From positions 17,032-81,031 of IMG/VR virus record IMGVR_UViG_3300012953_003264: a stretch of 64,000 bases of DNA, one strand, 5' to 3'. Origin of the DNA: a virus (Duplodnaviria > Caudoviricetes). The stretch's first letter is position 1; each line of letters opens with the position of its first letter. The notes under the pieces are model-generated. The model did no database searches. It saw only the letters and a list, made by a program, of their open reading frames with translations, and had not been told where the DNA came from. Both the position numbers and the translations under genes were made by a program. Shown here in pieces: positions 45,680-55,747 of the stretch.

Positions 45680-46263
45680 GCACACATTATAAAAGAATAA
45701 TTTGTGTTAATACTGGAGATAAATTTTCTAAATGGTATACTGATAACTTAAAGTATATGATTGATGTATGGTCAGGTTTAGGTTATGACCATTTTGAAGT
45801 TATAGATGAAGAGAAACATAATGGCGTTTTTAATAAACTTCAAATGTTTGATAAATTTAGAGATGGTGAAAATATATACTTTGATTTAGATGTTTGTATA
45901 TATGATAAACTTCCTAATTTAAAAAGGCAAAATTTAACGGTATTACATGCGTGGTGGAGAGATAGATGGCACACATCACTAAACTCTTCAATTATATCTT
46001 GGACAGGCGACCAATCACATATCTATAAAAAATTTATAGAAAAACCTGAATACTATCAGGAAAAATATAACAAAGGTATAGACCAAATGTTAGAAGAAAT
46101 GTATAACCCTGCTACATTTGGTAAAGTATGTTATACTATTCAAAATAATGAGTTTGAAGATAAGAATAAAGAATATCCGATGGTATTATTTAATCAAAGA
46201 CAATTCTTAATGGAACCAGGTTGGTCTGGTTGGTGGACTAATTATTTTCTTCCCAAATACTAA
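45676..46263 (+). CDS. GT-A glycosyltransferase-like protein
   Basis: IICVNTGDKF, NKLQMF, YFDLD (DxD), NSSIISW, GIDQ. Confidence 0.65.
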   Translation: MSTHYKRIICVNTGDKFSKWYTDNLKYMIDVWSGLGYDHFEVIDEEKHNGVFNKLQMFDKFRDGENIYFDLDVCIYDKLPNLKRQNLTVLHAWWRDRWHTSLNSSIISWTGDQSHIYKKFIEKPEYYQEKYNKGIDQMLEEMYNPATFGKVCYTIQNNEFEDKNKEYPMVLFNQRQFLMEPGWSGWWTNYFLPKY

Positions 46264-46771
46264 TAAAGTATTTCAAAGCTTCTGCTGGAGATTTAGATTT
46301 TCTAATAGCAGATTTTAGTTTTTCATTTTTACTATTTTTTACAATTTCGTTTTCAAACAAGTAAATTTTCCATGAAAACAATTTGTCTAACTGTTCTTCA
46401 TCTTTAGTTGTTAAAAATTTAATAATATGTTCATATAAATTTTCATCAACCTTTTCAGTTAATTTTTTATAAAGACCTTCAGATTCAGCTATGTTTTTTA
46501 CTTGAATTACAAAGTCTTCTCGTTCTTGTTTCTTTTGTTGCCAAGTGTTTTCGTGCAATTGTTCTAAATCGCATATCTCTAATAATTCTTTACAAGTAGG
46601 ATGCTCTTCATCATACTCTATAGTGTGAGGTCTAACTTCTACTTTTCCTGTGCCAAAATTAGGCTCTTTTAATAGAACTTCAATAGTTGTTCTATCATTA
46701 TCAATAAAGTACGCTGTATAAAAGTTTTCTCTATTAATAGTATCTGTAGTTATTAAATTTTGTGTGTTCAT
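46238..46771 (-). CDS. Hypothetical protein
   Basis: 177-aa ORF coupled to epimerase stop. Confidence 0.6.
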   Translation of the reverse strand: MNTQNLITTDTINRENFYTAYFIDNDRTTIEVLLKEPNFGTGKVEVRPHTIEYDEEHPTCKELLEICDLEQLHENTWQQKKQEREDFVIQVKNIAESEGLYKKLTEKVDENLYEHIIKFLTTKDEEQLDKLFSWKIYLFENEIVKNSKNEKLKSAIRKSKSPAEALKYFISIWEENN

Positions 46772-47487
46772 TAATTTACCACCTTGTTCTTTTTTATATA
46801 ATCAAACAAATCAATGCTTGACTTCCAACCATAACTATTTAGTATAGTTGTATCTGCCTTATTATCAAATCTTTCATTATCACCACCTATTTGACCTTTG
46901 GCCTCTATACCTACTCTAGTCAGAATATCCGTCAATTTATTTGAAACTCCTGTACCTACATCTAATATTCCTGTGTAAGTATTGTGAAGTAATAATAGTA
47001 TTGATGAAATAACATCATCTACATGTATAAAATCTCGTTTGTGGTTTACATTTATATATGGTACATCATTTCTTAAAATTCTAGGTATTAACATGGTTTC
47101 TCTTGCACCTGGTCCATAAACAGTTGTAAATCTCATTCCTACACTATTTTTTGGTGCTATTTGTTCCATAGAATACTTACTCATTGCATATGGATTTTTC
47201 CATGGTTCATATGCTGTACTTGAACTAGCATATAGTATTCTCTTATCTTTATATCTATCAAAAATTCTTTGAGTTGCAATTACATTATTAATCCAATAGT
47301 CAGTTGGTCTATCTAAACTATCTCTAACGCCTGAAAGTCCTGCTAAATGTATTACAACATCTACATCTGGTAATTCACATGTCATAATGTCTTTGCCAGA
47401 TTTAATGTCTAAACAATGAAAATGATAATCTGTATTTCTTAAATTTGAACCTATGAAGCCTTCGCTTCCAGTCATTAATATCTTCAT
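46771..47487 (-). CDS. NAD-dependent nucleotide-sugar epimerase/dehydratase
   Basis: TGSEGFIG, HLAG, YASSS, YAMSK (YxxxK), RFTTVYGP, RDFIHVDD. Confidence 0.9.
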   Translation of the reverse strand: MKILMTGSEGFIGSNLRNTDYHFHCLDIKSGKDIMTCELPDVDVVIHLAGLSGVRDSLDRPTDYWINNVIATQRIFDRYKDKRILYASSSTAYEPWKNPYAMSKYSMEQIAPKNSVGMRFTTVYGPGARETMLIPRILRNDVPYINVNHKRDFIHVDDVISSILLLLHNTYTGILDVGTGVSNKLTDILTRVGIEAKGQIGGDNERFDNKADTTILNSYGWKSSIDLFDYIKKNKVVN

Positions 47488-47512
47488 AATAAAAAACCCT
47501 TATAATATAATT

Positions 47513-48433
47513 TTATGATTTGCCTATCTTTAAATAATGAGTTGCTATGGTTGTAGCCGTACCATTAGGAAACTCTTGAGCTCTATAATCATCTGTATTG
47601 ATATATCTTTGTTGATAATTACCAGAACCATTTAATCTGCCGTCTACCATACCTGAACCTCTATTTGTTCCAGTAGTGTAACTATATCTCAATGAATAAC
47701 CATCAGCAGAATTAGCCGCTGTTTGTCTTATCCAACTTGATAATAATGTTTCAAAATCTGTTTCTGAATATTCTTGTAAGTCGTTATCACTTCTCATTTG
47801 AACAGGTAATTGATATGTGTTATCAGTACCAGCAAGTTGTTGTAAGTAATAAGTTGTAATTGTTGTAGGTTGGTCTAAAGCTTCTGGTATACCACCTGTT
47901 GTATAAGCGCCTGTATTTGCTCTAGTATCTAAAAAACAAGTACCAATATTTGTAGAGCCTGCAACTGAAGATGAGGTTGTTACATGATAAGTACCACCTT
48001 GAGCAGTACCTGTTGAACCTGAAACTAATGAGTCAATAGCAGGATGTAAAAATGTATCTTTCATATCTTGTAAAGACATTGCCTGAATATCATTACTTGC
48101 CGTTCTATAAACAGGAAATGCTTTACCATCATCTGCTGTAGGTGTTGAAGCGTTAACTGTTTGATTTATTTTTGAATAGTTTACTGTAACTACGGATGGC
48201 TCTGCTGTTGAACCTTCACCAGGAAATGCTGAAACATTTGTAGCTGAAGCGCCGGCCTGTAATCTTGTATCTGCAATTGAACCTAAATTTCCACCACTTC
48301 CAAGAATACTTAATGAAACACTAGGACTGATTGAGAATTGATAAATTACTTGGTTTACTATTTCAGTAACCTGAGCTGTGGTAAAATCTTTTAAATTTCC
48401 ACTATCAAGATATAAGGGTGTTCTTACTGCCAT
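47513..48433 (-). CDS. Virion structural protein
   Basis: 306 aa Thr/Ser/Gly-rich, within structural operon; DYRAQEFPNG. Confidence 0.6.
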   Translation of the reverse strand: MAVRTPLYLDSGNLKDFTTAQVTEIVNQVIYQFSISPSVSLSILGSGGNLGSIADTRLQAGASATNVSAFPGEGSTAEPSVVTVNYSKINQTVNASTPTADDGKAFPVYRTASNDIQAMSLQDMKDTFLHPAIDSLVSGSTGTAQGGTYHVTTSSSVAGSTNIGTCFLDTRANTGAYTTGGIPEALDQPTTITTYYLQQLAGTDNTYQLPVQMRSDNDLQEYSETDFETLLSSWIRQTAANSADGYSLRYSYTTGTNRGSGMVDGRLNGSGNYQQRYINTDDYRAQEFPNGTATTIATHYLKIGKS

Positions 48434-48448
48434 AATTTAATTCCATTT

Positions 48449-49255
48449 TTAAGCACCTGCGCCATAGAGTGTTTTTTGTGCGACACCAGATGAATTGTAT
48501 AATATTAATGTAACAACAGATTTTAATTCTGCTTGACCTATTGCGTCATTAGCCATCAATGATTCTGTTATAGAGTTGTCTGAACCAGTTGTTAAAACAG
48601 TACCAGATAAATCTGGAAAAGTTATTGTTCTATCTGCTGTAGGGTCTGTTACAGCTAAAGTTGTTTCAAAATCATTAGAAGTAGCACCTTCAAATTTTAA
48701 ATTACTAGCCGCTAATTGTAAAGTACCATCTACTTTTAAAGTTTCTGAACTTGGTACTGTAACAACATTACCTGAACGAGATTCTAATTGATTTCCTTTT
48801 ACTGTAGTACCTACTACATTTGCACCTGTAATTGTTCCTGTAGATGTTAAATCTTCATCACCTATACTAATTGTTCCGGAAGTATCTGTAATTGAACCAG
48901 CAGCTATTGTTAATGTTCCTGCTTTTACAGAGGTTGTAACCTCTACTGTATTATTTAAACTTAAAGTTAAAGTATCTGGTGCTGATACTACTGCATTAAT
49001 TTGATTTGAAGAACCTAGAAAAGTTGCAATATCACCACCACCTACAAGTTGAGTAGTTGATGTTGAATCACGCATTTTCCAACCAGCAGTAGATGTAGCA
49101 ATACTAATTGTTTCATTCATTGCCCCAACTAGATTTGTTGCACTAATAGAACCTGATAGGTTTGCTATATCACCAAAATCATTTGCTGTCAGAGCATTAA
49201 ACTCCGTTCTAAATTTTTCTAGTGTATCTGTTACTGCTATATTTCTTACTGCCAT
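48449..49255 (-). CDS. Fibre-like virion protein
   Basis: TDTLEKFRTEFNAL N-terminus; FEGATSNDFET...PTADRTITFPD module. Confidence 0.6.
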   Translation of the reverse strand: MAVRNIAVTDTLEKFRTEFNALTANDFGDIANLSGSISATNLVGAMNETISIATSTAGWKMRDSTSTTQLVGGGDIATFLGSSNQINAVVSAPDTLTLSLNNTVEVTTSVKAGTLTIAAGSITDTSGTISIGDEDLTSTGTITGANVVGTTVKGNQLESRSGNVVTVPSSETLKVDGTLQLAASNLKFEGATSNDFETTLAVTDPTADRTITFPDLSGTVLTTGSDNSITESLMANDAIGQAELKSVVTLILYNSSGVAQKTLYGAGA

Positions 49256-49256
49256 T

Positions 49257-49478
49257 TTACTTTACTATTTCTTTTAATAAGTCTTTAATTTCTCTTAATT
49301 CGCTCTTTAGGTTATTTATCTCTTTTACAGCATGTCTAATCTGGTCACCTTGTTGTTCTCTACTTTTTACTCTTTGCATATACATTTGATATTCACTAAC
49401 ATTTGTATTAATAATAGCGTTAGAACTTGTATCTCTTATTAAATGTTCATGTCCTTCTACTTTTACTTTGTAACTCAT
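49257..49478 (-). CDS. Small conserved coiled-coil protein
   Basis: VEGHEHLIRD...AIINTN, EINNLKSELREIKDLL. Confidence 0.6.
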   Translation of the reverse strand: MSYKVKVEGHEHLIRDTSSNAIINTNVSEYQMYMQRVKSREQQGDQIRHAVKEINNLKSELREIKDLLKEIVK

Positions 49479-49479
49479 G

Positions 49480-52400
49480 TTATACCGCTAATGCTATTGC
49501 TCTTAAATCTTTTATTCTTGCACCATATGAGGAGTTTGTACCATTAAATACTACTTTAATTTGAAATGATGTAAACTCTGGTAAATCTTTTACACTAAAT
49601 TTATAATCTTTAAAGTCAATATCTATTACTTTATCTCCTGTACTTGGTTCAACTGTAGTATCAGAAGAACCGTCCGTATTAAACGGAGTATATTCTATGT
49701 CTTGTATTCTTCTTGTTTCTTCACCACCTGTTAATCTAAAGAACATTTTTATTGATGATGATGTTCTTACACTAGCAGCTACTCTAACTTCAACTGCTGT
49801 TGAAGGTGTTGCAAGTGAAACTGGTTTAGTTACATAAACTCCTTCGGAAGAACCACCTTGAGGTGCTGTATCATCTTCATAATTAACCATATTTGATAGT
49901 TTTGCAATTATATTTGAACCTGAAGCCGGAGCACTTGTTAAAGTTAAAGTTGTTCCTGAAACTGTAAAGTCGTCAACTGGCGATAATCTTTTACCTGATT
50001 TTTTAACAGATAATAAATGAACACTAGCTGGTGTGCTTGATAAAGTAAATGCTGTTGTTGAACCATCTCCTGTAAATGAATTTGTAGAACTTACTGCTGG
50101 CTGATTTAATCTATTAGAAATTGCAAAAGCATTAACTCTTTGTAAATCAACTACTGGTGATAAGTTTGCATTACTAGATGACATTGTTAATTTAACAAAC
50201 ATAGATTTAGAACCGGCCATTTCATTTGTTTGGTTAATATCACTAGCAACCATTTTTGGTTCTGTAAAGTAAATATTATCTCCTAATACAACATTTTTAG
50301 AATCAGCTGCACTTTGAGCAACAAAAGGACTTTCTGCACCATGAACTGAACGGCCTGTAGTTGTTCTTAATGTTGATGTGATACCTGTTCCTGGATGTAC
50401 AACATTTCCTATTTGTAATTGTAAAACATCAAACAATCTATTTTGTGTGGCAGTTACAGTTGCTCCTCCAACATCACCTGTAGCATTTGCTGTTCCGCCT
50501 ACTGTAATATCATAACTATCTAATGTCATATTTGTAACTGTAGTATATGTTCCGTTAATTGCTGAGTGAGCAATACCATTGTAAGTACCTGAAGCTACAC
50601 CTGCGATTGTAACATTATCGTTGCTACTATGCATTCCGTGATTTTTATGGAAAACTCTAACCACATTTGAACCATTAAATGTTCTAATAGGATTACTGTC
50701 TAAAGTTTTTGCTGGTAATGTTTTATTTGATAGAGATAAATTTCCTACGCTTGATGTATCAAACACAGCTTTATTAATTGTAATTTTCATATCTTCCATT
50801 TGTTCAGCGTTCCATGTTCTATTGTTTGCTGACTTAAATAGAATACCCATATTAGGTTGTGTTGATATTGTTCTATTTGAACCTATTGATTTTTCACCTA
50901 GTCTTGCAACATAAGCTGTATAATCAACTGAATCTGAATATAATACTAATGCGTATTCAATACCTTCTTGTAAGTAAACAGGTGAATCAAATGTAAATGT
51001 TGTAGCTGCTGTTGCGTCTGTACTCGTATTTACTGAACCTGGATTTAACCATTTTTGTGCGAAAGGTAAAACTTTAGGTCCTGGATAACCATTAACCATG
51101 TTTCTTAATTCTGCTTTAACAGGTATAGTAGATGATTTTGTTGCAAAGAAAGCGCTAATACTTGTAACAAAAATACCATCTGCTTCATCTACAGTAAATG
51201 ATTGAGCTAAAGGGTCTCCTCTAGGTGGCATTCTTGCTATAACAGCTCTTGATGTTCTAGTTACTTGTTGAGTATCAGTAACACTTGTTCTTTCCGTTCT
51301 TGCTTCTCTAGTAGAAATAATTGCTTCTTGTACAGTTTCTAATAGACCTTTTGCGTCATAATCTCCTTCAGCTGATGTAGCTACTGCTGTTCTATCTTCA
51401 CTATTAGCTGCTGAACTTGTTAATCTTAAAACTCTTTTACCTGTACGCCATCTTGGATTTGCCGTATTGTTCGGGTCAGGTATTGCAAAAACACCTTTAA
51501 CATATCCATTTGAGTCTGTAACAACATTACCCCCTAATGAACCACCATCTGGTGTTACATAAGAAGAAATATCAATATTGTCAAAGAAAGGATAAACTCT
51601 AACATTTGGTCTCATACCAAAAGCTTGAAACTCTACATCTCTGCTTCTAATAAATGGTACAAAGTTTACAGATACAACTCTGTTTCCTAAACTTTGTCTA
51701 ACTGTTTGAGGAACTATTGTCGTTCTAATACCACTTCTAATTTGACCAACATCTGTCGCTGTTGTTCTTACTAATTCATTACCTTGCCATCTTTGTGAAC
51801 TTCTAGGATTACCAGACCATTGGTCTTGCCATTCATTCCATTCTGTACCTACAGGTATTTCTGAAATACTTGTATTGTCTAATCCTGCATTAATAGCTAA
51901 GTTGTCAAATGTACCGTTTACATTTACTACAACCTCTGGCGCCGTTCTTGTTTCTTTCCATTCGTCAACTGGTGGATTTAATTGTATATCACCAATCCAG
52001 TTAAATACTAAAAATGGATTTAAATTTTCTGTTTTTGAGGCAAATGATTGTGTTAAATAAGGTGTTGTAGTGTAAGGTAATGTAATTATATCACCAGTTT
52101 TTTGGTAATTACCATCCGTTCTATCTGAAGCAATTATAGCTGTACCATCATCATCTGATTCTTCTAACTCAACAATGTCCTCATTAAACATTGTTCTTGC
52201 CTCACCTCTTGCTCTATCAATAGATAGTTTGTAATCATTATTTCCTACATCACCAACATTATGGCCTGTAAAGTTATCTACTACAAATCCGTTTTTAAAT
52301 CTATCAAAACCATCAGCGTCTTGTATCTGTAAACTTTGTGCGTCTGATTCTAATAGTGAAAGTTGAGTATAATACTCTATATTTTTAATTCTGTTTTCTA

Positions 52401-55400
52401 AAGAACCGATATCTCTCATTGTATATCTTCTATTATCTTCAAGCTGTAGTTTTACATCATCTGTCCTTAAAGTATATGAAGGAATGTTTATTACTGCTAA
52501 TAACATATGGCCATCTAAATCAGCAGGAGATAATGGATTTAAATCTGAAGCACCTTTGACAACTTTTAATACACCATCTCTTGTTAAAAATAATTTATCT
52601 ATTCTATTTAAATAAAATTCTAAATCTGAAGTAATATCAGAACCAAATTTTGGAATATCTACAGTTGAAGCACCTGTTCCGTCATATGACCTGTCGCCAG
52701 CTGCTACGCCACTATTAATTGTACTAGCGTCATCTACTCTAGGTCTAAAGTCTAATACATCTCTTAATTCAAAAGTATCACCTGTCGAATCTGATTTATA
52801 AGTAGGTATACTTTCATATGTAATTACACCTGAATATGAGTCAACATCAAAATAATCTCCTGAACCATGACTAAAGTAATCAAACTTAACTAAAAGTTGA
52901 CCTGTAGGCACGATAGCACCAGGTTTTAATTTAATTCTTCCTATGTCATAGAAGTTATCTCTTTGACCATTATCTAATTCAAATCTGTTTGTAATATCCG
53001 TATCTGAAGTTGTAGCAGTAGAACCAAAAGACGGAGCCATGTAAACATTTTTCAATGCGTAAATATCTGCTTTGTTTAATCCTACAACACCACTTTCAAT
53101 TGAAGCTTGAGATGAAATGTTTATAGTTGAATCACTATTTAAAGTTTTAGTTTTTGAACCTGCAACTGTTCTACTAATAGTCGCAAGAATTTTAATTTTA
53201 TGACCGGCAAAGTTAGCGCCAAAGTCTAATGTCAATGTTTTACCTGTAGGAGAACCACCTAGATTAAATATTGTTGAACCTTCGTGATTACTTCCTGATA
53301 AATTTAATACATCTCCAACTGCACCTGTTCCGCCTGAACCAGTTGTCATTATTGAAACTGAAAAATCAGAATTTGCTAATGAACCAAATACTTCATTTGT
53401 TCCTGCTGATATTGTTACTTCACCATTTGATGATAATGTTCCAGTAAAATGTCTTCTAACATTAAAGTTTGTATCTGTTAATCCAGAGTTAGTTGTAGTT
53501 TTTAAAGTTTTAACAGTAGTGTAAGGTAATTGAAATAGTAAAATGTTATTTTCTGGATTATTTAATTTAGCTCTTTTTCTAGTAACAACCGAAGCAGTTG
53601 ATACATCTGAACCACCTACAGCACTTGATAAAGTAGCCTGTGTTTCATTTACAATATTTTTAATAATTTTTGTTACAGAACCACCAGCGTTATTTGTAAA
53701 TGTAATTTCATCACCTTGTTTTAAATCGGTGTTAAAGTTTGTACCTTTACCTAATAAATTTGTAGAACTGTTTGCTATTGATATATTACCTTGAATAATT
53801 GTGTTTGAGCCGTTAGCTGAAGTAATATCTGTATCGGCAGTATAAGTAGGAGAACCTGCCATACCTATTTGTTTTGTACTTGTAATATCTTTAGATGAAA
53901 CTCCTCTCAATCCTAATCTATCAGATTGTATAGAAGCACTATTATTTGAAGTTTGACCTGTTATTGTTTCGCCTTGAGCAAATGTACCATTGACATTTGA
54001 TATTACAACAACTCCGTGTGCCATTGTAGGACCTGAAGTAAATGCTGTAACATTTTGAGATGTTGTTCCGTCTGCACCGTATAATTCAAAAGTATTTGTT
54101 GTAGAATTTCTTACAGTAAATAAGCCTGGTGTGTATGCACTACCACCTATTGCAAAGTTACCACCTGAAAAAGTAAGTTGTTGACCATCTTTAAATCCGT
54201 GAGCATTTTTTGTAACAATACCTGGATTAGCTACTGATATTGTAGTAGCAGCCGTTGATTCAGTTGCTGAAGAGGCTTGTACAATACCTGTAGCACCTGT
54301 ACTAGAACCTGATACTGTTTCGCCATTTGTAAATGATTGAGCAGTTGTAATATTAAGATGTGTAAACATTTCAACATCAAATACATAATGTCTGAAAACT
54401 GAACTTGTACCAAATATATCATTTGTTTCTGAACCTGATACATATTGGAAACCTCTTGATTTTGCACGACCAATTTTTGGCACAGTTGTACCTGATGTAG
54501 ATTGTTCCGTTCCTCTTACTGCTGATTTTGTATCATAGAAACTAATTGTTTTAAATGCCTCTGTATCACCTGAAACAAATCCAATATCAGGAGAGTTATA
54601 AGCATTTGTAACATTAATAAAGTTATCTACTGTAAATCTAGTTTTGTTATTATTGCCTGTATCAAAATCTCTTGCCTTATCTACTGCAACAAAATTAGTA
54701 CCTAATTGTTCAGCTTCATAACCACTTACATATGCCTTAAATGGTGAAATACCTAATGCTAATTTACTATTAAGTCCGCCAGCAGCTGATGTAAAAATTC
54801 CTCTATTATTACCTGAAGATAAATGTTCTCTAATTTCTATATCTGGATTATTTAAAACATAATCACCTGATTCGTCAAATGTTCTTCTAGCTAATGTGTC
54901 TTCTAGTACAGCATATTCTGTACTTCTAACCATTGATTTAATTTTACCGTTTTCAACTCTTGCAACTTCAAAGAAATTTGAATCATCTGTAGATGATGTT
55001 GTTTTTTTAGTTAAAGTTAATTGAATTTTAAATCTGTGAGCACCTGGAGCATTTAAGTTTGATGTACCTTGAGCATTATCATTAATACTATTGTCATCAT
55101 TTGGTGTAACAAAAGATTCTGTTACTAAAAATCCTACTCTGTATGAAGGTGTGTCTGTATATTTGTCTAATACTAAAGTTGTTTTATCTGTTTTTACAAA
55201 ATAACCATTTATGTAATAAGTACCATCTTCAACTGAAGCAGCTGAACCTGTATGTATTGAAGCAACAACAAGTGTTTCAGCAACATTTGAACTATTTAAG
55301 GCAGTAGATGTTACGGTTTCTCCAGCAGTAAATGATACGGCTGTATTATTTGTTCCACCTTTTTCGTATTTTATGAATAAAGTATCCGGGTCGGTACCGT

Positions 55401-55737
55401 CTGTATTAGAAATTCCTACAACTTTTGCAATAACTCCTGAAGTATTACCTGTTAGAGTAGTACCATTATATGTACTTAAAGCAGTAGCAGTTTTTGAAGT
55501 TAATTTTATTGCTGTATATTCTAAATCAATACCTACTTGACCAGGTATGACCATTGCACCTTGTTTAAATACATGGTCACCAAATTTTTCAATTTGATTT
55601 TGTAATATTGTTTGTGATTGTGTTAACTCTCTAGCCTGAACTGCAAATGACGGTCTAAAAAGAATTCTATGGAATTTTTTAGACTCTGAAAAGTCATCAT
55701 AGTAAGGTGAGAGGTTAAAATCAGTTGGACTTGGCAT
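49480..55737 (-). CDS. Very large baseplate-associated structural protein (DUF4815-like)
   Basis: 2085 aa; NLSPYYDDF, FHRILFRP..AVQARELTQ.QTILQNQ, RRYTMRDIG, RFKNGFVVDNF, DPLAQSF; directly downstream of gp8. Confidence 0.8.
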   Translation of the reverse strand: MPSPTDFNLSPYYDDFSESKKFHRILFRPSFAVQARELTQSQTILQNQIEKFGDHVFKQGAMVIPGQVGIDLEYTAIKLTSKTATALSTYNGTTLTGNTSGVIAKVVGISNTDGTDPDTLFIKYEKGGTNNTAVSFTAGETVTSTALNSSNVAETLVVASIHTGSAASVEDGTYYINGYFVKTDKTTLVLDKYTDTPSYRVGFLVTESFVTPNDDNSINDNAQGTSNLNAPGAHRFKIQLTLTKKTTSSTDDSNFFEVARVENGKIKSMVRSTEYAVLEDTLARRTFDESGDYVLNNPDIEIREHLSSGNNRGIFTSAAGGLNSKLALGISPFKAYVSGYEAEQLGTNFVAVDKARDFDTGNNNKTRFTVDNFINVTNAYNSPDIGFVSGDTEAFKTISFYDTKSAVRGTEQSTSGTTVPKIGRAKSRGFQYVSGSETNDIFGTSSVFRHYVFDVEMFTHLNITTAQSFTNGETVSGSSTGATGIVQASSATESTAATTISVANPGIVTKNAHGFKDGQQLTFSGGNFAIGGSAYTPGLFTVRNSTTNTFELYGADGTTSQNVTAFTSGPTMAHGVVVISNVNGTFAQGETITGQTSNNSASIQSDRLGLRGVSSKDITSTKQIGMAGSPTYTADTDITSANGSNTIIQGNISIANSSTNLLGKGTNFNTDLKQGDEITFTNNAGGSVTKIIKNIVNETQATLSSAVGGSDVSTASVVTRKRAKLNNPENNILLFQLPYTTVKTLKTTTNSGLTDTNFNVRRHFTGTLSSNGEVTISAGTNEVFGSLANSDFSVSIMTTGSGGTGAVGDVLNLSGSNHEGSTIFNLGGSPTGKTLTLDFGANFAGHKIKILATISRTVAGSKTKTLNSDSTINISSQASIESGVVGLNKADIYALKNVYMAPSFGSTATTSDTDITNRFELDNGQRDNFYDIGRIKLKPGAIVPTGQLLVKFDYFSHGSGDYFDVDSYSGVITYESIPTYKSDSTGDTFELRDVLDFRPRVDDASTINSGVAAGDRSYDGTGASTVDIPKFGSDITSDLEFYLNRIDKLFLTRDGVLKVVKGASDLNPLSPADLDGHMLLAVINIPSYTLRTDDVKLQLEDNRRYTMRDIGSLENRIKNIEYYTQLSLLESDAQSLQIQDADGFDRFKNGFVVDNFTGHNVGDVGNNDYKLSIDRARGEARTMFNEDIVELEESDDDGTAIIASDRTDGNYQKTGDIITLPYTTTPYLTQSFASKTENLNPFLVFNWIGDIQLNPPVDEWKETRTAPEVVVNVNGTFDNLAINAGLDNTSISEIPVGTEWNEWQDQWSGNPRSSQRWQGNELVRTTATDVGQIRSGIRTTIVPQTVRQSLGNRVVSVNFVPFIRSRDVEFQAFGMRPNVRVYPFFDNIDISSYVTPDGGSLGGNVVTDSNGYVKGVFAIPDPNNTANPRWRTGKRVLRLTSSAANSEDRTAVATSAEGDYDAKGLLETVQEAIISTREARTERTSVTDTQQVTRTSRAVIARMPPRGDPLAQSFTVDEADGIFVTSISAFFATKSSTIPVKAELRNMVNGYPGPKVLPFAQKWLNPGSVNTSTDATAATTFTFDSPVYLQEGIEYALVLYSDSVDYTAYVARLGEKSIGSNRTISTQPNMGILFKSANNRTWNAEQMEDMKITINKAVFDTSSVGNLSLSNKTLPAKTLDSNPIRTFNGSNVVRVFHKNHGMHSSNDNVTIAGVASGTYNGIAHSAINGTYTTVTNMTLDSYDITVGGTANATGDVGGATVTATQNRLFDVLQLQIGNVVHPGTGITSTLRTTTGRSVHGAESPFVAQSAADSKNVVLGDNIYFTEPKMVASDINQTNEMAGSKSMFVKLTMSSSNANLSPVVDLQRVNAFAISNRLNQPAVSSTNSFTGDGSTTAFTLSSTPASVHLLSVKKSGKRLSPVDDFTVSGTTLTLTSAPASGSNIIAKLSNMVNYEDDTAPQGGSSEGVYVTKPVSLATPSTAVEVRVAASVRTSSSIKMFFRLTGGEETRRIQDIEYTPFNTDGSSDTTVEPSTGDKVIDIDFKDYKFSVKDLPEFTSFQIKVVFNGTNSSYGARIKDLRAIALAV

Positions 55738-55747
55738 TTAACTCCCC

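Noticed and set aside
29898-47487. DNA hypermodification as the main function of island 2
   Set aside because: Not excluded, but down-weighted. No hydroxymethylase, 5hmU kinase, aGPT-PPlase, TET/JBP-with-GT pairing or 7-deazaguanine genes were recognised here, the promoters are late-type, and a membrane desaturase fits poorly. Nucleoside LC-MS would settle it
11229-47487. Apparent lower GC of enzyme islands as evidence of recent horizontal transfer
   Set aside because: Judged by eye only, and explainable by Lys/Ile/Asn-rich enzymes versus Gly/Ala/Thr-rich structural proteins; needs GC3/codon-usage computation
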